DNA of 64,000 nt from Acidimicrobiia bacterium (lineage in GTDB: Bacteria > Actinomycetota > Acidimicrobiia > Spongiisociales > ZC4RG35). How positions within the stretch are numbered: position 1 is the stretch's first letter; every line of letters begins with the position of its first letter. Under the pieces are notes generated by a model. It had not been told where the DNA came from. It saw only the letters and a list, made by a program, of their open reading frames with translations, and ran no database searches. The stretch spans positions 40,949-104,948 of the forward strand of contig DATKCZ010000027.1 of assembly GCA_035512955.1 (NCBI GenBank). Reading direction: 5' to 3'. This document shows, one piece after another, positions 57,970 through 64,000 of this stretch. The position numbers and the translations under genes were made by a program.

Positions 57970-59054
57970 TCGAAATGCACCCAGTCCCTCAGGTCGTCGA
58001 AGAAGACCCCGTCCCGCCAAGGGTAGGAGAAGTTGAACCCCTGGCCCCGGAACAACACGCCGAACATCGTCAACGTGGCCGATCCGGCCAGGAACAGCGA
58101 GAAGAGCATGATGGCGAACTTCCGGTCGGACGGTCTCGTCGACGGGTTCTTGTCGACGTAGGGGATCATCATGAACCCGATCAGCCCGATGAAGAGCGGG
58201 ACCATGACACCGGCGATCTGGGGGTCGAAGTAGCTGAGCAGCTCCTGAAGCCCGAGGAAGTACCACGGGGCCTTCGAGGGGTTGGGAGTGCTGTTGAAGT
58301 TGGCGGGGTCCAACAAGGGTGAGTGGATGACCACCGACATGACCACCAGCACACCGGTTATGAGGAGCAACGCCCCGAACTCCATGAGCATCAAATGCGG
58401 CCAGGTGTTGACCTTGTCGGTGGGCTCGGGTCTGACGTTCTGGATCGCCCTGGCCTTGACCACCGTCAGCAGCCGTTGGGTCCGGACGCCCTCGGGGAGA
58501 CCCGCAGGCGGCACCGAAGGGCGGGGGCTCACCGTCGAGGCGACCTTGCCGTTGCCTGCGCCATCCGCACTCGGTGCCTCGACCGCCTCCACTTCGACTG
58601 CTGGGGCCAGCTCGTCCGTATCGGCCTCTTCGGTCACCGTCCCTTTGGCTTCCTCAGGCTCCGCTTCCTCAGGCTCCGCTTCCTCAGGCTCCTCTTCCTC
58701 GGGCTCCCCGTCCTTTGTCACCGCCACCGCCCCGGCTTCGGCCAGATTTGGCGCCGCTGACTCCGCGGGGGGCGGGATCTCGGCTTCGTGGGGGTCGACC
58801 GGGGCAACGTCTTGTTCCATGTTCGTCTCGATCTCCGGGGTCCCGGCATCGTCATCCTCGGGAACCTCGTCGACCGGGCTCTCGACGTCTTCGATGGTCT
58901 CGGTCACCGGGTCGGGCCCGGCGGCCGACTGGGGCACCTCGACCGGAGGGCCCTCCCCCTTCATCTCGGCCAGGACCTGGTCCACCGGCACACCAAGGGC
59001 CTTGGCCTTGGCTTCCGCCGATCTTCTCAGCAGGCTCTCTGGTATCTCAACCAA
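57966..59054 (-). CDS. Cytochrome b6 subunit IV (PetD-like) with a long acidic N-terminal extension
   Basis: TWPHL, PNPSKAPWYFLGLQELL (PEWY-equivalent), PYVDKNP. TTG 59054 preceded by GGAG. Confidence 0.88.
   Translation of the reverse strand: MVEIPESLLRRSAEAKAKALGVPVDQVLAEMKGEGPPVEVPQSAAGPDPVTETIEDVESPVDEVPEDDDAGTPEIETNMEQDVAPVDPHEAEIPPPAESAAPNLAEAGAVAVTKDGEPEEEEPEEAEPEEAEPEEAKGTVTEEADTDELAPAVEVEAVEAPSADGAGNGKVASTVSPRPSVPPAGLPEGVRTQRLLTVVKARAIQNVRPEPTDKVNTWPHLMLMEFGALLLITGVLVVMSVVIHSPLLDPANFNSTPNPSKAPWYFLGLQELLSYFDPQIAGVMVPLFIGLIGFMMIPYVDKNPSTRPSDRKFAIMLFSLFLAGSATLTMFGVLFRGQGFNFSYPWRDGVFFDDLRDWVHFE
58648..58707. repeat. 15-bp coding tandem repeat (EPEE[EA] x4) in the subunit IV linker
   Basis: GCTTCCTCAGGCTCC x3 exact, plus TCTTCCTCGGGCTCC. 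Confidence 0.8.
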
Positions 59055-59064
59055 CAGTGACTCC

Positions 59065-59838
59065 TTACAAGGGTCCGGAGATTCCGCCGTCCTTGCGGAC
59101 GCGCCAGAAGTGGATGGCCATGAAGATGACGATGATGAATGGGAAGGCGAGCACGTGGAGGACATAGAACCGGAGCAAGGTCGCACCGGTCACCTCGACC
59201 CCGGCCAACAAGGCAAACTTGACCTGATCACCGATCACCGGGGAGAAGCCGGCCATGTTGGAGCCGACGGTGACGGCCCACAGTGCCAATTGGTCCCAAG
59301 GCAGCAGGTAGCCGGAGAAGGAGAGGAAGAGGGTGAGGAACAACAAGACGACTCCGACGACCCAGTTGAACTCACGTGGCGGCTTGTAGGCACCGTGATA
59401 GAAGACTCGGCTCATATGGAGGAAGACGGAGAGGACCATGAGGTGGGCGCCCCACCTGTGGAGGTTCCTCACCAGCGACCCGAAGGCGACGTTGGTCGAG
59501 AGCGCCTCCATGTCGGCGTAGGCGATCTCCGCGGTCGGGGTGTAATAGAACATCAGGAAGATGCCGGTGATGGTGAGGAGGATGAAGAGAAAGAAGCTGA
59601 GCCCACCGAGACAGAGGGTGTAGGACAACTTGACCCCGTGACGTTTCACCTTGACCGGGTGGAGGTGATAGAGCACGTTGTTCATCACCACGTAGGAGCG
59701 GTTGCGGGGGCTGTCCGAATAGCCCTGCTTGAACGGGGATCCGGGACGCATGATCGACTCGGCGAGCTGTGAGCTCCACAGCCACTCGGTCCCTTCCCGG
59801 ATCCGGTCTCTCAGGCCGACTTTGTCTCCGTTAGCCAC
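59065..59838 (-). CDS. Cytochrome b6-type (split, 4-helix) cytochrome b
   Basis: YTLCLGGL (heme ci Cys), [37 protein letters not shown] (14-residue His spacing), C-terminal KDGGISGPL. Confidence 0.95.
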   Translation of the reverse strand: MANGDKVGLRDRIREGTEWLWSSQLAESIMRPGSPFKQGYSDSPRNRSYVVMNNVLYHLHPVKVKRHGVKLSYTLCLGGLSFFLFILLTITGIFLMFYYTPTAEIAYADMEALSTNVAFGSLVRNLHRWGAHLMVLSVFLHMSRVFYHGAYKPPREFNWVVGVVLLFLTLFLSFSGYLLPWDQLALWAVTVGSNMAGFSPVIGDQVKFALLAGVEVTGATLLRFYVLHVLAFPFIIVIFMAIHFWRVRKDGGISGPL

Positions 59839-59847
59839 TACGCCTCC

Positions 59848-60297
59848 CTACCAGCGCATTCCGTACGTATAGCCATTCTTGAAGTCGCGCTGCCCGGTGT
59901 CGAAATCCCAGGGGCGGCGATCGAGACCTAGCTCGGCGGCCTGTTCGGCCAGCGAGCCCTCGAACTTGCCGAGTGAGATCACATTGGTCGGACAGCGGTC
60001 GACACAGAGCGCACACCTGGTGCACTCGTCCTCGTCGACGATGAAGAAGCCGAAGTTCTGCTCGTCCTCGATCGGGTGGTCGACGTTGACCGCCTCATCG
60101 ATGGCCGTCAGCGAGAGGTAAAAGATGCACTTCCACGGGCAGATATCGACACAGCCCTCACAGAGGATGCACTCCGATTGGTCGATGTGGAGGAACTGCT
60201 TGGGACGGAGCTTGTCGGCGAAGTACTCACCGTCGACCAGGGCGAGCTGGTAGTCGTCTCTGATCGGGGGCGTCTCGTCGACTACACCTTTGGGCAT
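59848..60297 (-). CDS. 2x[4Fe-4S] ferredoxin-like protein
   Basis: CILCEGCVDICP and CTRCALCVDRCP; no signal peptide or TM. Confidence 0.9.
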   Translation of the reverse strand: MPKGVVDETPPIRDDYQLALVDGEYFADKLRPKQFLHIDQSECILCEGCVDICPWKCIFYLSLTAIDEAVNVDHPIEDEQNFGFFIVDEDECTRCALCVDRCPTNVISLGKFEGSLAEQAAELGLDRRPWDFDTGQRDFKNGYTYGMRW

Positions 60298-60298
60298 C

Positions 60299-60928
60299 TC
60301 AGTTACCCTTCACCAGCGGCCGGCCATAGGGCGACTTCTTCTCGACCGGAGCCGCGCTCGGCGGCCGTCCTTGCTTCATCTTCTGTATCTGGATCGCCAG
60401 GAAACCGGCGAAGCCCAACAGTCCCAGGCTATATCCCATCTGGATGGAGTCCTTGATCGCGGCATAGCTGATCGAGAGGTCGTTGCCCAGGACCAGCAGC
60501 GGCGGGACGGTCACCGCCACCCGCTGTGAAGACCAGTCGAGATCGGTCTGTGCGTAGTTGAGCCACTCCGAGGGGACCATGCCGAAGTAGAACACCAACG
60601 CGGTGAAGGTGATGAGGGCGGCCACGGTGGCCCGTGCCCAGGTCATCCTCTGGTTGAGGACCCAGAGGAACGTGGCGCCGAGGAAGGTCATGGTGGTGGC
60701 GCCCAGGACGATCAGGTAGCCGATCCCCTTCCACACCGTGCCCCGCGGCCACCAGTTGAGGAAGTCGACGACCACTGGCACCTCGACGCCGTCGACCACC
60801 TCGGTCTGGGGGATCGACGACCAGTGGATCCAGATCACGCCCAACACCAGCCCGACAAAGCCGAGAGCCAGCAGGCCGGTGCCGATCATCCGGCGGCGGC
60901 TGTCGCTGAGTTCTGCGAGGCGGTACAT
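60299..60928 (-). CDS. Uncharacterised multi-TM membrane protein, first gene of the operon
   Basis: Several hydrophobic helices; stop lies 1 nt before the ferredoxin ATG. Confidence 0.75.
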   Translation of the reverse strand: MYRLAELSDSRRRMIGTGLLALGFVGLVLGVIWIHWSSIPQTEVVDGVEVPVVVDFLNWWPRGTVWKGIGYLIVLGATTMTFLGATFLWVLNQRMTWARATVAALITFTALVFYFGMVPSEWLNYAQTDLDWSSQRVAVTVPPLLVLGNDLSISYAAIKDSIQMGYSLGLLGFAGFLAIQIQKMKQGRPPSAAPVEKKSPYGRPLVKGN

Positions 60929-61103
60929 CTTGGTTATGCGATCCCGGGACGCGTAGAAAGCGTTCGTTGGTGCGTTTTTACCACAGGTGGAGGTTGGTTC
61001 GGGAACCCGACTGCCACACGGCGACAGTCTCGGGTCGGGCTGCGGACTCGATCCACGAAGTCGTTATGCTCCCGCCGTCTCATCTCTCGCGCGAGGAAGT
61101 CGG

Positions 61104-62543
61104 TTGGCTGACACCCGAAATGCAGACATTCGAGCCCTGCTCGGCGGTGGTTCCACCGAGGACCGACTCGCCGCGATCCATTTCATGGTGGGAGCCCTCT
61201 TTCTCGTCATCGGTGGCGCCATCCAACTGTTGTCGCTGGTGGCGCTGCGCTTTGCCGATCTGCTCCCCATCTCGTACGGCCTTCTCGAGCCGGCGGCCAA
61301 CCTGACGCTGATGATCGGTTTCGCCGCGATCTCCCTAGTCGGCGGGGTTTATTACGTCGTCCCCCGTCTCACCGGGGCCCGTCTGCGCAACGCCACGCTC
61401 GGGGGGCTCGGGCTGGCGGGGATGGCGGGTTTGACGGGTCTCGGTGTCGTGGCCATCTTGACCGGCTTGGGGGACGGGGGCCAACCGCTGGGCCTGGCCT
61501 GGTGGCTCGACATCCCCCTCGCCCTCGTCCTCTTCATTCCCGCGATGATCACTCTCGACACCATCCGGCACCGCACCGAGCGGCGCAGCTTCGTCACGCT
61601 GTGGTTCGTCGTGGGCGGTGTGGTCTGGCTTCCTTTGCTCTACCTCGCCCACCTGGTCACCGAGCTCCCTTTTGCCTCACAGGTCGGAATCGCCTTCGCC
61701 GAGACGTTCTTCTCCGCCGGTTTCGTCACCATGTTCCTGGTCACGGTGGGGTCGGGGCTGGTCTATTACACGACGGTCAAGGAGATGGACCTCCCCCTGG
61801 CCAGCCGTCAGCTCGCCCTGGTCGGGTTCTGGTCGCTCGGGTTTGCCGCGGCCTGGTGGGGCGCCGCGCAATTGCTGTTCGGTCCCGGTCCCGACTGGGT
61901 GGCCGGGGTCGCCGCCGCCCTCGGTCTTGCCTTCCCGCTGGGCGCGCTGGCCAACGCGGCGAACGTGTCGATGACCCTCGAGGGCTCGTGGTCCCGGCTC
62001 GCCGAGCAACCCGGCGTTCTATCGGGTGTGATCGGGCTCTACCTGACGGTGGGTGTGGCGGCGGTCGCCGCCCTGGCAGGCTTCCGCTCGGTCGGTTCGG
62101 TGGCTGCCACCACTCCGCTGTGGGAGGCCATCGAATACGTGCTCCTGGCCGGCGTCGCCACGCTGCTCGTCTCCGGTGTCGCCTTCGCCGCCCTGCCCAG
62201 GATCGTGGGGAGAGAGCTCGAGACCAAAGCCAAGGCACGACGCTTCCATCGGTTGACGGTGACGGGGGCGGTAGGTGTCCTCGTCACGCTGGGTGGGGCC
62301 GGAGTCCTGGCGGGCTACTCCTGGATCGGCGGCTCGAACAGCGGTGCCTACATCGACGCCGGCGAGGGCTGGGCCGCCGGAATGGGCGCCTCATATGACA
62401 CTTTGGTGCTCGCCGCGGTGGTCTTCGGCATCGTCCTCTTCGCCGGTCTGGGCGGCTATGCGTCGATCGTCTTCGGCACCGTGGCCAGGGGCAGGGCAGC
62501 CTCCCAGGAGGTCCTCGTTGCCAAGGTGGCCCGGGATGAGTGA
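61104..62543 (+). CDS. CcoN-like (cbb3 oxidase subunit I fold) protein lacking heme/Cu His ligands
   Basis: About 12 TM helices colinear with CcoN (SYGLLEP, YYVVPR, WWLDI, FVTLWF, PDW, MTLEGSWSRL, LPRIVGR). TTG 61104 lies 6 nt after GAGGA. Confidence 0.85.
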   Translation: MADTRNADIRALLGGGSTEDRLAAIHFMVGALFLVIGGAIQLLSLVALRFADLLPISYGLLEPAANLTLMIGFAAISLVGGVYYVVPRLTGARLRNATLGGLGLAGMAGLTGLGVVAILTGLGDGGQPLGLAWWLDIPLALVLFIPAMITLDTIRHRTERRSFVTLWFVVGGVVWLPLLYLAHLVTELPFASQVGIAFAETFFSAGFVTMFLVTVGSGLVYYTTVKEMDLPLASRQLALVGFWSLGFAAAWWGAAQLLFGPGPDWVAGVAAALGLAFPLGALANAANVSMTLEGSWSRLAEQPGVLSGVIGLYLTVGVAAVAALAGFRSVGSVAATTPLWEAIEYVLLAGVATLLVSGVAFAALPRIVGRELETKAKARRFHRLTVTGAVGVLVTLGGAGVLAGYSWIGGSNSGAYIDAGEGWAAGMGASYDTLVLAAVVFGIVLFAGLGGYASIVFGTVARGRAASQEVLVAKVARDE

Positions 62544-63306
62544 CCAGCTCGCCGCGGCCGCGGCGGCGATGGGCCTGCCCGAGGCGTTGGTGCAGCGATC
62601 GGCCGAGGCGCGCTCTGAAGAGACCGGCGCCAGCGTCGAGGACATCCTCGCCCAATGGGTGGCCGGTGAGACGGCCCCGGTGGCGGCGGCGCCCCAAGCA
62701 CCACCAGTCGAAGAGGCAGCCGAGCCTGACGAGGCCCTCCCCGAGGAGGCCACCACCACACCGGAGATCGTCATCGAGGTGCCCGATGGGGCCGAGACTC
62801 CGACCCCTGCGCCACAGCCCATCGCCGTCGGCCCCTACAAGCCACCTGTCCTGGTCGGCCACGAGGACAGCCCGATGACCCTGCTCGCCGGAGTCGTCGG
62901 GCTCTTCATCATCGTGATGATGGTGGGTCTGGTGGGCCCGTCGATCCCGGTCGACGAACCCGGTGCTCGCAGCTCCGAGATCGCGTTCTCGGAGGCTGCC
63001 CTGGCAGGCCGGGAGGTCTATGCCGTGTCGGGATGCGCGGCATGTCACACTCAGATGGTTCGCCCCGTCGTCGCCGACGTAGGTCTCGGCGCGGTGACAC
63101 TCAACGACACCAACCAGATCCTGGGCACGAGGCGGTTCGGGCCCGATCTCTCCGATGTCGGCTCGCGGGTCGGCTCCGATCAGATGCAAGCAATCGTCGC
63201 CGGTCAGGGCACCCATCCCGCCCACAATCTCAGCCCCACCGACCTCGAGAGCCTCGTCGCCTATCTGAGCGAGTCCCGGACCTCGTCAGGACCGGCGCCG
63301 TCGTGA
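62536..63306 (+). CDS. CcoO-like monoheme cytochrome c with an N-terminal module and acidic linker
   Basis: GREVYAVSGCAACHTQMVRP and LGTRRFGPDLSDVG are CcoO hallmarks; ATG overlaps the end of the upstream gene. Confidence 0.85.
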   Translation: MSDQLAAAAAAMGLPEALVQRSAEARSEETGASVEDILAQWVAGETAPVAAAPQAPPVEEAAEPDEALPEEATTTPEIVIEVPDGAETPTPAPQPIAVGPYKPPVLVGHEDSPMTLLAGVVGLFIIVMMVGLVGPSIPVDEPGARSSEIAFSEAALAGREVYAVSGCAACHTQMVRPVVADVGLGAVTLNDTNQILGTRRFGPDLSDVGSRVGSDQMQAIVAGQGTHPAHNLSPTDLESLVAYLSESRTSSGPAPS

Positions 63307-64000
63307 GTCTCAGCGCAGCAGCTCAGGCCCTGGGGCTCCCCGAAGCCCTGGTGCAACGATCCGCCGAGGCTCGGGCCGCCGAGAGCGGTGCCAGCGTCGA
63401 TGAGGTCCTCGCTGCCTGGGCGGGCGGTGGGGCCGTCGAGCCGGCCCCGGCGCCCGAGCCCGAGCCCGCCGGCGCCGAGGAGACGCCCGAAGCGGCCGAG
63501 ACGCCCGAGGAGACCGCCGCAGAACCGGTGGTCGAGGCGGCACAGCCCGCGGCCGCCAGCGCCGCCGCACCGGCTCCCACCCCTACAAGAGCCCCGGTCC
63601 CCGCGGAGGTCGGTGCAGCCGAAGCCGCTCATCTCCCCGAGGTGATCACCGTGCCGACGGCGGGGATCAAGGAGCGGACCAACTTCGTGATCCCCCGATG
63701 GCTGACGGCAGTCATGCTGGTCGCCCCTTTGTTCGCCCTCTTCGCCCTGGGGGGCTCGGCCACCGGGGAATGTGGGGAAGGCACCGAGCTGGCCATCGAC
63801 GTCATCTCCGGGGAGATCATCAACTGCGACGGCTCGGAGTTCACCGGTGGCGGGGCGGGTGGCGGAGGGACCGATTTCATCACCCTGGGCGCCGACCTCT
63901 ATTCGGGTTCGGTCACCCCGGCGGCCACCTGTGCCGGTTGTCATGGGGCCGGGGGGCAGGGCAGCGCCAGCTTCCCCTCGCTGGCCGACGTGGTCACCAC
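63303..64000 (+). CDS. Membrane-anchored cytochrome c (CcoP-position), runs off the window
   Basis: Hand translation from GTG 63303 (GTGA overlap): VSLSAAAQALGLPEALVQRSAEAR..., TM WLTAVMLVAPLFALFALGG, heme motif CAGCH near 63930. Confidence 0.82.
   Translation, partial: MSLSAAAQALGLPEALVQRSAEARAAESGASVDEVLAAWAGGGAVEPAPAPEPEPAGAEETPEAAETPEETAAEPVVEAAQPAAASAAAPAPTPTRAPVPAEVGAAEAAHLPEVITVPTAGIKERTNFVIPRWLTAVMLVAPLFALFALGGSATGECGEGTELAIDVISGEIINCDGSEFTGGGAGGGGTDFITLGADLYSGSVTPAATCAGCHGAGGQGSASFPSLADVVT

Noticed and set aside
60969-60986. TGGTGCGTTTTTACCACA between the divergent bc and cco-like operons as a CRP/GlxR or Rex site
   Set aside because: Half-sites and spacing match neither consensus well enough to call.
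61104-62543. CcoN-like gene as a decaying pseudogene
   Set aside because: Full-length open frame with SD, preserved TM pattern, overlap with the next gene, and every ligand lost together with a matching change in CcoO. This fits repurposing better than random decay, though it still needs a dN/dS test.

Overview
High-GC bacterial window, most likely an Acidimicrobiia-like member of Actinomycetota (inferred from GuaB3, the GlgE pathway, Rex, a MenJ-like reductase next to nuoA, and many apparently leaderless genes). It is dominated by energy metabolism. Left to right: partial guaB3, a CPBP protease, trpS behind a complete Trp-leader attenuator, an LCP protein, an orphan GAF histidine kinase, Nudix and GNAT genes; an 11-subunit complex I operon lacking nuoEFG (7.1-17.7 kb); an alpha-glucan cluster (glgP facing treS-mak, glgE, GH57, glgB); an Fe3+-type ABC transporter, moaA and two tandem paralogous Cys/His microproteins; a complete 14-subunit nuoA-N operon (36.7-51.5 kb) preceded by a MenJ-like reductase and divergent rex; an IS481-family element with a 16-bp target duplication inside a 54-bp tandem REP-like repeat. 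The right end holds the most unusual locus. One operon encodes a split b6-type Rieske/cytochrome b complex (heme ci Cys motif) with a 2x[4Fe-4S] ferredoxin and a diheme cytochrome c. The divergent operon encodes a CcoN homolog lacking all six heme/copper His ligands, a CcoO homolog whose axial Met is replaced by His, and a further cytochrome c. Subunit IV and both of those cytochromes share a ~35-aa N-terminal module on acidic tethers, suggesting an undescribed bc/pseudo-oxidase supercomplex. Many nuo junctions are bridged by MIRU-like micro-ORFs that overlap flanking stop and/or start codons. The supplied ORF track labels glgP (18812..20914) as minus strand, but it reads on the plus strand. 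No tRNA, rRNA or CRISPR array was seen. All alignments were done by eye from remembered consensus motifs; no database search was run.
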